Assembly (NCBI GenBank): GCA_964196305.1
Contig: CAXMSJ010000008.1
Location: 2,495 to 66,494, forward strand
DNA: 64,000 bases
Direction: 5' to 3'
Source: an uncultured Acidimicrobiia bacterium
Lineage (GTDB): Bacteria > Actinomycetota > Aquicultoria > CAJVYJ01 > JAUVQD01
In this document: positions 1 through 9,486 of the stretch, piece by piece
Position numbering within the stretch: position 1 is the stretch's first letter
How the letters are laid out: each line of letters starts with the position of its first letter
Notes under the pieces: generated by a model
What the model was told of the DNA's origin: nothing
Seen by the model: only the letters and a program-made list of their open reading frames with translations
Database searches by the model: none
Made by a program: the position numbers and the translations under genes

Positions 1-9
1 GCTCGCATA

Positions 10-948
10 CTACTCAAGCAAAGCGGCAGCAAAATCCTGTGGCTGAAAAGGTCCCAGGTCTTGTGTCTGCTCGCCAGTACCGACCAACAGGATTGGTATG
101 CCAAGTTCGCGCTGTATAGCTAGGACAACTCCCCCCTTGGCGGTTCCGTCAAGTTTGGTGAGAACCAGCCCGTCCAGCCCAAGGGCCTCATGAAAGAGCT
201 TCGCTTGTGTGATTCCATTTTGGCCGGTGGTGGCATCAAGAACCAGCAGTGTCATTACGCGTACTTGATCAGCGGCCTCGCGAATAGCGACCCGTTTGAT
301 CTTCTTTAATTCCTCCATCAAATTGACGTAAGTATGTAAGCGACCGGCGGTGTCAACCAGGGCAAAATCCCGCCCGTCTGCCCGCATCGACTGAATCGCG
401 TCATAAACAACTGCCGCCGGATCTGCCCCACGTTGATGCTTAACAATGTCGACCCCAACCCGCTCCGCCCAGCGCTGCAGTTGCTCGATAGCCGCGGCCC
501 TAAAAGTATCAGCCGCCACCAGTAGCACCCGTGCCGGCCTATCTTTGAAAAATTGAGCCATCTTGCCGACCGTCGTGGTCTTGCCGGTGCCGTTCACTCC
601 GACGACCAGAATAACAACGGGTGGCTCAAGCTGAAAAAAATCTTCCCCCGCCGGGATCCCACCTAGCTGGGCGGTGATCTCATCGCGTAGAATGGTCATC
701 AGCGCCTCTGGTTCAAAAACCTGATCAATCTTAACCTTGTCTTTCACGTGACCGACAATGTCCATCGTCGTGTCCATACCGACATCAGCGCCGATCAGGA
801 CTTCTTCCAAGCTTTCCCAGTCGTCATCTGTCAGCTTGGCGCCGGTAAATATGGATTTAACTTGGTAGCTTAGGTTCGTCCGTGACTTCTTCAGACCGCC
901 TGAGAGCCGCCGCCACCAATTCTCCTTCGTCTGTTCTTTCATCCGCAC
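10..948 (-). CDS. ftsY: Signal recognition particle receptor FtsY (short form, NG domain)
   Basis: The 312 aa ORF has GTPase motifs ([20 protein letters not shown]) and an N-terminus like Bacillus FtsY. Its 5' end overlaps the smc 3' end by about 90 nt. Confidence 0.9.
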   Translation of the reverse strand: MRMKEQTKENWWRRLSGGLKKSRTNLSYQVKSIFTGAKLTDDDWESLEEVLIGADVGMDTTMDIVGHVKDKVKIDQVFEPEALMTILRDEITAQLGGIPAGEDFFQLEPPVVILVVGVNGTGKTTTVGKMAQFFKDRPARVLLVAADTFRAAAIEQLQRWAERVGVDIVKHQRGADPAAVVYDAIQSMRADGRDFALVDTAGRLHTYVNLMEELKKIKRVAIREAADQVRVMTLLVLDATTGQNGITQAKLFHEALGLDGLVLTKLDGTAKGGVVLAIQRELGIPILLVGTGEQTQDLGPFQPQDFAAALLE

Positions 949-3900
949 TCTCCTCGGGATTCAACTTCTGTGATATGACTTTTGATACCCCATCAGCCTG
1001 CATCGATACACCGTAGACTGAATCGGCGACCTCCATGGTCAACCGCTGATGGGTGATGACTAAGAACTGCGTCTTCCTGCCTAGCTTTTTTATCAACCGG
1101 ATAAACCGACCGAGGTTAACCACGTCCAAGGCCGCTTCGACTTCATCCAGGATATAAAAAGGACTTGGGCGTGAATAGTGGAGCGCGAAAAGGAGTGCCA
1201 GCCCGACTAAAGATCTCTCGCCCCCAGACAGCAAGCTCAAAGACGCCAGACGCTTGCCTTCCGGCTGCGCTTCTAAGTCGACTCCTGACTCTCCCTCTTC
1301 ATCGGAATCATCCGTCAGGACCAGCCTGGCCCTACCGCCCGGAAATAACTCCTGAAACACTTGATTAAAATTCTCGTTGACCTCCTTGAAGGTCTCTTCA
1401 AACCGGTCACTTATCTTTTCATCGATAGCCTTGATCACCTTACGTAGCGCCTTTTGGCTACGGACCAAGTCATCCATCTGTTTTGTCAGGAACTCCTGCC
1501 GCTCTTCCAACTTGGTGAATTCTCCAGCCGCGATTTGATTTACCGGCCCCATCCGCTGAATCCGGTCACGAAGCCGCTGCTCGCGCACGGCCCAGTCTTC
1601 CGGCTCTCGGCTCTCGACCGGCTCTCGACTCAAGGCAGTTTCGAGTGCCACGCCCAGCTCATCTACCAAAAACCTTGTCGTCTGACTAACCTCCGCTTCC
1701 ACCTGTGTCTTCTTCTCTGCCTTGTTGAGGAGCTCGGAATTGGCTAGATTCAGATCGGCGTTCAGCTCACGCGCCCGCTGATGAAGCACTCGGAGCTCGG
1801 CACGTGCAGCAGCAGCTCCTGCCTGCTCGGACTCATCTTGATCCGCCAAGACTCCAGCGTTCAACTCAGCCGCCAAACGCAGTTCTGTGTATAAGCTATG
1901 CACCGGCTGTATTCGATGGCGAAGCTCTTCGGTCGCGGCCACGATCTTCTCCTGCTCCACCAACGTCGCCTCCGCCCGCTTCAACTCATCAGTCACGTTG
2001 ATTATCCGGCTTTTCAGGTGGACCTGGCGCTCAGCCAAGGAAGCCATCTCAACCTGTGCCTCTGTAAGTCTGGCCATGGCGGCTTTTTCATCCTCAGTTC
2101 TTTCTTCGACCCCCACCTGCTCCTGGTCACGAGCGGCAGTTTGCCCCTTGAGGTCCGCCTGGGCAGCCTGAATATCAATCTCTATTCTGGCGACCACGCT
2201 CTCGTTTTCAAGTAGCCCGGACCGCTTTTCACTCAGTCCGGCCCCGACTTCCTGCTCTTGCCCACCGAGGTGCTCTACCTCGCGCTCGACATTTTGCACT
2301 CGCATCGCTGCTGCCACAATCCGCCCGTCCAGACGTTGGGCTTCAGTCTGCGCCTGGACTGCTTCATCTTGTGCCTCTCTAGTGGCCTTTTCCGCCTCAG
2401 CCACCACGACTTTCCCTAGCTCCGCCTGCTCCGTTAAGCGTAAGGATTCGCGCCGGGCCAGAGCTAGCTCTCGACGTGTCGCCAGAGAACCGGACGTCAC
2501 TTCCGTGCTGGAGTGGCGTACAATAATGCCTCGCCCATCGAGATAGTCACCACGCTCGTCGACAACTACTCCCCCTGCCGGTATAAACGTACCCTGATCG
2601 ATGAAACTGTCGATATCTTCCGCTATCCAAACCAGAGACAATAGCGACTCTATCGCCGGTCGAACCGAATCAGAACAGTCGACAATATCAACGGCCCGAG
2701 TCAAATCCGGAGCGGGCGCAGCTACTGATGCTAACGGTACCGGAGCTAAAACACGGACTGGGTCATCACCCCGACCGCGAGCGTGGCGAAAAACCCCAAT
2801 TGCATCAACCCGTTCGGTAGCCACCAAAGCATGAAGATCCAGCCCCAGCACAGCCTCCAAGGCCCGCTCATATCTCGGCTCAACCTTCATTTGAGCTGCC
2901 AAAGACCCTGAAATGCTGGGGAATCCAGCTTGTGCCTCTTCGAACCAGTCTAGATCCGGGGCAGTATTTGCCTCAACTGCCTCCAAGGCAGCCATCCGCG
3001 CACCAACATCCGACAGGTCCGTCACCGTGTGCTCCTGGGTCTCAACCGCGCGCTCCCGAGCATCCTGAGCTGCCATGATACGGGCCGCTGACTCCTCAAC
3101 GCGGCTGGTCGCATCTGGCAGATCAGCTTCCAGCCGAGCTTTCTCTCCCCGGGCTCGCTCCAGTTCATCGGTGAGTGTGGTTGTCTTTTGGGCTAGCGCC
3201 TCTGCCTGTTCGCAGAGGAACGAGATCTTCTCGGTTGTCGACTCTATCAACGAACGCCTGTAGTTAAGTTCCCGCTCCAGCTCGGTCCGCTTATCTTTTG
3301 TCTTCTCTAAACCGGCCTGAGCCTCTTGCAGAGCATCAACAGCCTTTTTGGCCGCCTTCTTGACTTCTTCTACCTCCCGCCGCTCGCGGTTGAGTCGTTT
3401 GTACAGGTCAGCTAAGTCCGCATCGAGCTGATCCCTCTCGGCCAAAAGAGTCGCCTGGTTCTGCTGGAACTCCTTGGCTCTGCGCTCCAGGCTGTGAATG
3501 GATTGACGTAGCTCGCTTAAGCGAGCTACCAGATTCTTGCCTTTCTCCTCCAGTAGCAATAAGCCACTGTTTATCCGCTCCATCAGCGCCGCAAACCGCC
3601 GGCGGTATTCACTGATATCGCCGGTAAGGTCCCCTTTGGCTTCCAATTCGGCTTCCAATTGGTCTATGCTGGTCTGCGCTTCGACCAAAGAGTCGTTGAG
3701 TTCTTCAATCCGGGATACTCTTTCTTCGTGGCCGCCCGCCAGCTCCTCCCACAGCACCCGCAACCGCCTTAGGCGCCCCACAGCCCCAGCGATCTGTGCT
3801 TCTTTGAGTTCTCCCAGCAAACGCTCGTGTTCGCGGGCGGTATCTGCCTGCTTTTGCAATGGAGCGAGCTGCCGGTTAACTTCGCGCAGAATATCCTTGC

Positions 3901-4471
3901 CGCGAGTCAGATTCTGCTCCATCGCCTTCATTTTGCGCAATGCCCGGTCGCGGCGACGCTTATGTTTTAGGACACCGGCGGCCGCCTCCAGCAACTGCCT
4001 CCGATCCTGTGGCTTAGAATTCAGCACGTCATCAAGACGACCCTGACTGATGACAGAGTACATTTCCCGCCCCAACCCGCTATCAGAGATCATCTCCTGA
4101 ATATCGATCAACCGACATGGATTGCGATTCAAAAGATACTCGCTCTCCCCGGAACGGTAGAGCCGCCGCGTCATCGTTACCTCGGAGAAGTCTATCGGAA
4201 TCGCGCCATCAGAATTATCGAAAGTAAGGGAAACCTCAGCCGCCCCCAAGGCCTTTCGGTCGGCGCTGCCTGAAAAGATTACATCTTCCATTGATGACCC
4301 GCGCAGGGTCTTGGCGCTCTGCTCTCCCAGCGCCCACAGAACCCCGTCGGTGATATTACTCTTGCCGCTACCGTTGGGACCAACGATGACCGTTACGCCA
4401 GGTTCAAACCTCATTACCGACTTGTTGGCGAATGACTTAAAGCCTCGAATGCTAACCGTGCGTAGGTACAA
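857..4471 (-). CDS. smc: Chromosome condensation/segregation ATPase SMC
   Basis: The 1204 aa protein has an N-terminal Walker A (GPNGSGKSN), long coiled-coil regions, a hinge, and a C-terminal signature (LSGGE) and Walker B (LDEVEAALD). It sits in the rnc-smc-ftsY order. Confidence 0.95.
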   Translation of the reverse strand: MYLRTVSIRGFKSFANKSVMRFEPGVTVIVGPNGSGKSNITDGVLWALGEQSAKTLRGSSMEDVIFSGSADRKALGAAEVSLTFDNSDGAIPIDFSEVTMTRRLYRSGESEYLLNRNPCRLIDIQEMISDSGLGREMYSVISQGRLDDVLNSKPQDRRQLLEAAAGVLKHKRRRDRALRKMKAMEQNLTRGKDILREVNRQLAPLQKQADTAREHERLLGELKEAQIAGAVGRLRRLRVLWEELAGGHEERVSRIEELNDSLVEAQTSIDQLEAELEAKGDLTGDISEYRRRFAALMERINSGLLLLEEKGKNLVARLSELRQSIHSLERRAKEFQQNQATLLAERDQLDADLADLYKRLNRERREVEEVKKAAKKAVDALQEAQAGLEKTKDKRTELERELNYRRSLIESTTEKISFLCEQAEALAQKTTTLTDELERARGEKARLEADLPDATSRVEESAARIMAAQDARERAVETQEHTVTDLSDVGARMAALEAVEANTAPDLDWFEEAQAGFPSISGSLAAQMKVEPRYERALEAVLGLDLHALVATERVDAIGVFRHARGRGDDPVRVLAPVPLASVAAPAPDLTRAVDIVDCSDSVRPAIESLLSLVWIAEDIDSFIDQGTFIPAGGVVVDERGDYLDGRGIIVRHSSTEVTSGSLATRRELALARRESLRLTEQAELGKVVVAEAEKATREAQDEAVQAQTEAQRLDGRIVAAAMRVQNVEREVEHLGGQEQEVGAGLSEKRSGLLENESVVARIEIDIQAAQADLKGQTAARDQEQVGVEERTEDEKAAMARLTEAQVEMASLAERQVHLKSRIINVTDELKRAEATLVEQEKIVAATEELRHRIQPVHSLYTELRLAAELNAGVLADQDESEQAGAAAARAELRVLHQRARELNADLNLANSELLNKAEKKTQVEAEVSQTTRFLVDELGVALETALSREPVESREPEDWAVREQRLRDRIQRMGPVNQIAAGEFTKLEERQEFLTKQMDDLVRSQKALRKVIKAIDEKISDRFEETFKEVNENFNQVFQELFPGGRARLVLTDDSDEEGESGVDLEAQPEGKRLASLSLLSGGERSLVGLALLFALHYSRPSPFYILDEVEAALDVVNLGRFIRLIKKLGRKTQFLVITHQRLTMEVADSVYGVSMQADGVSKVISQKLNPEESADERTDEGELVAAALRRSEEVTDEPKLPS

Positions 4472-4533
4472 GAGTCCCCCGGTAGGTGTGTCTATCCTTC
4501 AGGTTTGATTCTAGCAATACAGTTGCAAGACCG

Positions 4534-5268
4534 CTAGGTGTCTATCTTGGCGATCGCCAAAAGGGCCGCTTCCGCTGCCAACTGCTCGGCTCGCTTCTTA
4601 CTAGTACCGGCCCCTCGCCCCCAGATCCGACCATGCACCGCTACTGCGGCCGAAAATCTACGCCTATGCGCCGGACCCTCTTGGTCGATGATGTCGTAGT
4701 TCGGAAGAACTCCCCACTTCTCCATCGTCAGTTCTTGAAGGTTGGTCTTAGCATCCCCCTGCTCTTTTCGGTTGCCGTGCTCCTGTATTTTCGGCTCAAA
4801 CAAGCGCAGCACAAAGAGAGCAGCGGCGGCGAAACCCTGGTCAAGATAGATAGCACCGATCACTGCTTCCAAGCAGTCGGCGAGAATCGAAGCATTCTGT
4901 CGCCCATCGGATTGCTCCTGCCCCTTGCCCATAAATATAAACTCACCCAAGCCCAACTCCTGAGCAACCTGTGCTAAAGTCTCGGCCCGCACTAGGTTGG
5001 CACGGAGCTTGGCTAAACCACCTTCTTGCATCTCGGGAAATTTATTGAAAATATGTTCGGTGATCGCCAAGCCGAGGACTGAGTCACCAAGAAACTCGAG
5101 TCTCTCGTTAAACTCGCAGTCGCCGCACTCATAAGCGAACGAGCTGTGAGTCAGAGCGGTTCGGAGCAGAGTGTCGTGGGCGAAATTTATCTCTAAGCGA
5201 CGCTGGGCCGCCTCGATTCGTCCAGCGGCAACCGCGTCCCCAAAAATCAGCTCTGAATTATGATCCAT
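4534..5268 (-). CDS. rnc: Ribonuclease III
   Basis: 244 aa with the RNase III signature ERLEFLGDSVLGL and a C-terminal dsRBD. It lies between fabF and smc. Confidence 0.9.
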   Translation of the reverse strand: MDHNSELIFGDAVAAGRIEAAQRRLEINFAHDTLLRTALTHSSFAYECGDCEFNERLEFLGDSVLGLAITEHIFNKFPEMQEGGLAKLRANLVRAETLAQVAQELGLGEFIFMGKGQEQSDGRQNASILADCLEAVIGAIYLDQGFAAAALFVLRLFEPKIQEHGNRKEQGDAKTNLQELTMEKWGVLPNYDIIDQEGPAHRRRFSAAVAVHGRIWGRGAGTSKKRAEQLAAEAALLAIAKIDT

Positions 5269-5275
5269 CCCGGGG

Positions 5276-6511
5276 TTATTGCCATTTCTTCAATATTATC
5301 GTCGCGTTATGACCGCCAAATCCAAAGGAGTTCGACATCGCCACGTTCACTGAGGCCGAGCGAGGCTGATGTGGCACATAATCAAGATCGCAGTCGGGGT
5401 CCGCAACGTCAAGATTGACAGTCGGTGGAATCAGGTCTCTCTCAAGCGTCAAGGCCGTGGCGACCGCCTCGATACCCCCAGCTGCACCAAGCAAATGCCC
5501 AGTCATAGACTTTGTAGAGCTTAGCGCCAACCGCTTGGCGTGGACGCCAAACGTCTGCTTGACCGCCAATGTCTCCAGGCGATCGTTAGCCCCCGTGGAG
5601 GTGCCGTGCGCATTGATGTAGTCGACCTCCGCTGGGGTCAGTCGCGCCGCCTCCAGAGCCGTAGTCATCGATCTGGCAGCGCCGGAACCTGTCTCGTCTG
5701 GACCAGTTATATGGTAGGCATCAGCACTGGCGCCATACCCGATGACCTCAGCGTAAATCTTTACGTCTCGCGCTTGAGCTGATTCCAGCTCCTCGAGAAT
5801 TATTATCCCGGAGCCTTCGCCGATGATAAAACCGTCACGGTCAAGATCGAATGGTCGACTGGCGTGCTCTGGGTCTTCGTTGCGCGTGGAGAGCGCCTTC
5901 ATGGCGGCGAAGCCAGCTACCCCCAATGGTGTGATCGGAGCCTCGGCCCCCCCGGCAATGCAGACGTCCGCCGCGCCACGGCGGATTGTCTCGAAAGCCT
6001 CGCCGATCGAATGTGTAGCGGTTGCACAGGCACTGACAGGGGAAAAATTCGGCCCCTTGGCGCCAAAAATAATAGATATCTGCCCGGCAGCCATATCCGG
6101 AATCATCATGGGAATCAAAAACGGACTGACCCGGCGGGGGCCACGTTCATTAAGAATCTTATGTTGATCCTCAAGGGTTCTTAAGCCACCGATACCAGAG
6201 CCGACGATGACGCCCACTCTCTCTGCTCTGGAGGCAATATCCAAGTCCGCATCGTCAATCGCCTCTTTCGCCGCAGCAACCGCGAACTGAACGAACCGAT
6301 CAAGGTGACGAAGCTGCTTTCTCCCCACCAGATCGGTGAGGTCAAAGTCATCAACTTCTGCCGCGATCCGCACTGAGTAGCCCTCAGTGTCGAAAAGACT
6401 GATGGGACCAACACCGGAACGCCCACTCATCAACGCCGACCAGAAGGTCTCCCTTCCCATGCCGACCGGTGAGACGACCCCCAGCCCTGTGACTACGACC
6501 CGTCGATCAAT
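5276..6511 (-). CDS. fabF: 3-oxoacyl-ACP synthase II (FabF); the 5' end likely uses a non-canonical ATT start
   Basis: KAS II family protein with an active-site Cys region (SACAT) and the HGTSTGAND and NSFGFGGHN motifs. The first ATG is at 6460, but the conserved N-terminus (V-I-D-RRVVVTGLGVVSPVG) is encoded in frame upstream of it, up to the acpP stop, with no ATG/GTG/TTG. The candidate start is ATT at 6511-6509. Confidence 0.85.
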   Translation of the reverse strand: MDRRVVVTGLGVVSPVGMGRETFWSALMSGRSGVGPISLFDTEGYSVRIAAEVDDFDLTDLVGRKQLRHLDRFVQFAVAAAKEAIDDADLDIASRAERVGVIVGSGIGGLRTLEDQHKILNERGPRRVSPFLIPMMIPDMAAGQISIIFGAKGPNFSPVSACATATHSIGEAFETIRRGAADVCIAGGAEAPITPLGVAGFAAMKALSTRNEDPEHASRPFDLDRDGFIIGEGSGIIILEELESAQARDVKIYAEVIGYGASADAYHITGPDETGSGAARSMTTALEAARLTPAEVDYINAHGTSTGANDRLETLAVKQTFGVHAKRLALSSTKSMTGHLLGAAGGIEAVATALTLERDLIPPTVNLDVADPDCDLDYVPHQPRSASVNVAMSNSFGFGGHNATIILKKWQ

Positions 6512-6514
6512 AAC

Positions 6515-6748
6515 TTAGGCCCTTTCCTCGATATAGCTGACGACTTCCGTAACATTGGTTATCTTTTCAGCATCCTCATCAGGGATCTCCAGCTCAAACT
6601 CTTCTTCAACGGCCATAACTAACTCGACCACATCCAAAGAGTCGGCCCCGAGATCATCAACGAAAGCGGCCTGTGCGGTCACCTCTTCCGCGTCTACCCC
6701 TAGCTGGTCAACAATAATGGCTCTGACCTTATCAATCACTTCTGACAT
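6515..6748 (-). CDS. acpP: Acyl carrier protein
   Basis: 77 aa starting [12 protein letters not shown], with the DLGADSLD phosphopantetheine-attachment motif. A GGAGG RBS lies upstream of the ATG at 6748; the ORF-track GTG at 6757 is too close to that SD. Confidence 0.9.
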   Translation of the reverse strand: MSEVIDKVRAIIVDQLGVDAEEVTAQAAFVDDLGADSLDVVELVMAVEEEFELEIPDEDAEKITNVTEVVSYIEERA

Positions 6749-6784
6749 AAAATCCACTCCTCCTTATTAAGCAACATTATTGGC

Positions 6785-7528
6785 TCACATTCCCATCCCG
6801 CCGTCTATCAACACGACTTGCCCGGTGATATAAGCCGACCGGTCCGATGCGAGCCAGGAAATAACTCTCGCGACCTCTTCCGAAGTCCCGAATCGCCTCA
6901 TCGGGATGCGCTCCACAATCTTATCTTTCAAATCATCCGTCAGCGAGCCGGTCATTTCCGTCGCAATAAACCCGGGTGCCACCGCGTTGACTCTAATATT
7001 TCTCGACGCCAGCTCCCGCGCTACTGATTTAGTCAGGCCGATCAAACCGGCCTTCGCCGCTGTATAGTTAGCCTGGCCGGCGTTACCGATCACCCCAACT
7101 ATCGACGAGACATTTACGACCACTCCTGAGCGCTGCTTCACCATCTTCTTGGCCGCCGCCTGAAGGCAATTAAACGCGCCGGTGAGGTTAACCCCGATGA
7201 CGTCATCCCAGTCTGCCTTCTTCATTCTCAGCAGCAAGCCGTCGCGAGTAATGCCGGCGTTGTTAACCAGGATATCAAGACGGCCAAATTTGTCGACTAC
7301 CGTATCGATCAAGTCCCCGGCCTCGCTCTCGTTAGCCACGTCAGCCTGGACTGTGATTGCCCGACCGCCGGCAGCCTCTATTTCAGCCGCTACTTGCGCC
7401 GCCCCTTCAGCTCCTTGTGTATAGTTGATAGCCACGGCCGCCCCTAAACGCGCCAGCTCCAAACACGTCTCGCGCCCGATCCCCCGGGAGCCCCCAGTCA
7501 CCAGAGCTATTTTGTCAGTTAATTCCAA
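6785..7528 (-). CDS. fabG: 3-oxoacyl-ACP reductase FabG (SDR family)
   Basis: 247 aa with TGGSRGIG and NNAG motifs and the YxxxK catalytic dyad. TTG start. Sits in the fab operon context. Confidence 0.9.
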   Translation of the reverse strand: MELTDKIALVTGGSRGIGRETCLELARLGAAVAINYTQGAEGAAQVAAEIEAAGGRAITVQADVANESEAGDLIDTVVDKFGRLDILVNNAGITRDGLLLRMKKADWDDVIGVNLTGAFNCLQAAAKKMVKQRSGVVVNVSSIVGVIGNAGQANYTAAKAGLIGLTKSVARELASRNIRVNAVAPGFIATEMTGSLTDDLKDKIVERIPMRRFGTSEEVARVISWLASDRSAYITGQVVLIDGGMGM

Positions 7529-7608
7529 TTATTTCCCTTCCGGCAACGCGATCTTTCGCAGTATTGATTTGTAAATACAGTGAACCACCGACATTGTCAA
7601 CACTTTCT

Positions 7609-8499
7609 CTATGCCAGCAACTCCTCGACCTTAGTGAGCGAAATTGAAGGAGCAATCCGCTTGATTAAACCCGTCAAGACACGTCCCGGCCCCGCCTCAA
7701 TAAATCTAGTTACGCCGCGCTCTACCAGATACTCAACGCTCTCCACCCAGCGAACCGGGCTGTTGATCTGCCTAACCAGGTTTTTCTTGACCTCCAACCC
7801 AGTTGTCGCCGGTTGCGCCGTAACATTCGATATAAGTGGTATCTGGGGATCCTGAAATTCTATTTGCTCCAGAAATTCGCCGAAATCATGGGCCGCTTCA
7901 GCCATCTCCGATGTGTGAAAAGGTCCGCTCACAGCCAGTCTGACCACCCGTTTTGCCCCAGCCTCGCGTAGGAGTCCTTCGGCAGCGTCCAGCCGCTCAC
8001 GATGGCCGGCCACCACCACCTGGCCGGGGGCGTTAAAGTTGGCAATCTCAACCCCCGCGCTCCGACAAATCTCCACTACCGGCGGAACGGGCAAACCAAG
8101 GACGGCGATCATCCCCCCAGGATGCTTGGCGGCAGCCTCTGACATTAAGGCGGCCCGACGAGAGACTATTTGCAAGCCTTCCTCGAACGAGAAAACGCCG
8201 GCCGCCGCCGAGGCACTGAGCTCACCAAGGCTGTGTCCGGCCACAAACTCGGGCCGACCCTGAGCTTCCCTTAGAGCTATCCAATAGAGCATATTGACAA
8301 CAAAAAGAGCCGGTTGCGCATTGATAGTGTCGTTGAGTTCATTTGTGGGTCCGCTAACTATTATCCTGGTCAAGGGGCGCCCAAGGGTCTCGTCAAGCCC
8401 ATCCCAAAGCGCCTTGGCGCCGAGACTGCGTTCGAGCACCTCCGCCCCCATACCAACGCTCTGAGAACCCTGCCCCGGAAATACAACAGCCGCACTCAT
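7609..8499 (-). CDS. fabD: Malonyl-CoA:ACP transacylase
   Basis: 296 aa with an N-terminal FPGQGSQ and the GHSLGE active-site serine motif. Confidence 0.9.
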   Translation of the reverse strand: MSAAVVFPGQGSQSVGMGAEVLERSLGAKALWDGLDETLGRPLTRIIVSGPTNELNDTINAQPALFVVNMLYWIALREAQGRPEFVAGHSLGELSASAAAGVFSFEEGLQIVSRRAALMSEAAAKHPGGMIAVLGLPVPPVVEICRSAGVEIANFNAPGQVVVAGHRERLDAAEGLLREAGAKRVVRLAVSGPFHTSEMAEAAHDFGEFLEQIEFQDPQIPLISNVTAQPATTGLEVKKNLVRQINSPVRWVESVEYLVERGVTRFIEAGPGRVLTGLIKRIAPSISLTKVEELLA

Positions 8500-9440
8500 A
8501 CGGAAGCGAACTCAACCAAATCCTCGATGGTTGACTTGACTCCGCTCATCAGTTCCTGAATGATCTCCGCTGCCGGCTGTATCTGGTGAACCATGCCGGC
8601 ACCCTGGCCGCACATCAGGCTGCCCCAGTTAGTATCGCCTTCCTGCATGGCGAGGCGCATCTTCCCGGTGCCCAGTTCTTCCAGCTCTTCAGGACAGTTC
8701 TTGGCGTCAAGACGCTCGAGCTCTCGCGAAAGCCGGTTCTTTATAACGCGCACCGGATGACCGGTGCATCGCCCGGTAACGATCGTATCGCGATCCCCGG
8801 CTTTGATCACCGCCTGCTTAACATTATTGTGGATCGGAGTCTCAGCGGCAGCCAGAAAGCGCGTCCCCATCTGGACAGCTTCAGCACCCAAAGCTAGAGC
8901 AGCCACGATGCCCCGAGCGTCGATGATGCCACCAGCAGCCACTACCGGGATCGAGACTGCTTCAACCACTTGTGGTACTAAAACCATCGTCGTCAACTCA
9001 CCGACGTGGCCGCCTGATTCCGTGCCCTCAGCCACCACGGCATCGACCCCGGCCCGCTCCATGCGCTTAGCTAGCGCCACACTTGGGACAACGGGCATCA
9101 CTTTGATCCCGCGATCCTTTAGGGCTGGAACATACTTCCCAGGGCTCCCAGCGCCGGTGGTAACAACCGCCGGCGGGTCGTTAAGCACGACCTCGAACAG
9201 CTCTTTGACTTTGGGGTGAGTCAGCAACAGGTTGATCCCAAAAGGTTGGTCGGTGAGCTTCCGCGTCTCCTGTATCTGGACTTCGAGCATCTCCGGCTCC
9301 ATGCCGCCGCACCCGATTATTCCAAGACCTCCACCGTTCGAGACGGCCGCTACCAGGGGTGCTGTTGACACCCAGGCCATTCCGCCTTGGATCACCGGAT
9401 ACTCAATACCGAACAGGTCGCAAATCTTTGTCTTAAGCAT
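8496..9440 (-). CDS. fabK: Enoyl-ACP reductase II (FMN-dependent, NPD/nitronate monooxygenase family; FabK-like)
   Basis: 314 aa 2-nitropropane dioxygenase-like TIM barrel, placed inside the fab operon between fabH and fabD as in Streptococcus and Clostridia. Confidence 0.75.
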   Translation of the reverse strand: MLKTKICDLFGIEYPVIQGGMAWVSTAPLVAAVSNGGGLGIIGCGGMEPEMLEVQIQETRKLTDQPFGINLLLTHPKVKELFEVVLNDPPAVVTTGAGSPGKYVPALKDRGIKVMPVVPSVALAKRMERAGVDAVVAEGTESGGHVGELTTMVLVPQVVEAVSIPVVAAGGIIDARGIVAALALGAEAVQMGTRFLAAAETPIHNNVKQAVIKAGDRDTIVTGRCTGHPVRVIKNRLSRELERLDAKNCPEELEELGTGKMRLAMQEGDTNWGSLMCGQGAGMVHQIQPAAEIIQELMSGVKSTIEDLVEFASV

Positions 9441-9486
9441 TCAGCCTCCCGACCTAAAACTCATCAATCGATTGTATCCAAAAAAA

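Noticed and set aside
1596-1630. Triple repeat of ggctctcga(c)
   Set aside because: It lies inside smc and encodes a short SREPxESREPE duplication in the non-conserved C-terminal extension. It is coding, not regulatory.
1165-4046. Several plus-strand ORFs of 60-170 aa inside smc (and similar antisense ORFs inside fabF, clpC, bioDA, ecfT and others)
   Set aside because: They lie antisense to long, well-supported genes in GC-rich DNA, encode low-complexity Ala/Arg/Ser/Pro-rich peptides, have no RBS and no homology. They are statistical ORFs expected at ~60% GC.
6749-6757. ORF-track GTG start for acpP at 6757 (MDFMSEV...)
   Set aside because: The GGAGG SD directly abuts that GTG. The ATG at 6748 is properly spaced and yields the canonical ACP N-terminus MSEVIDKV, so the longer form is rejected.
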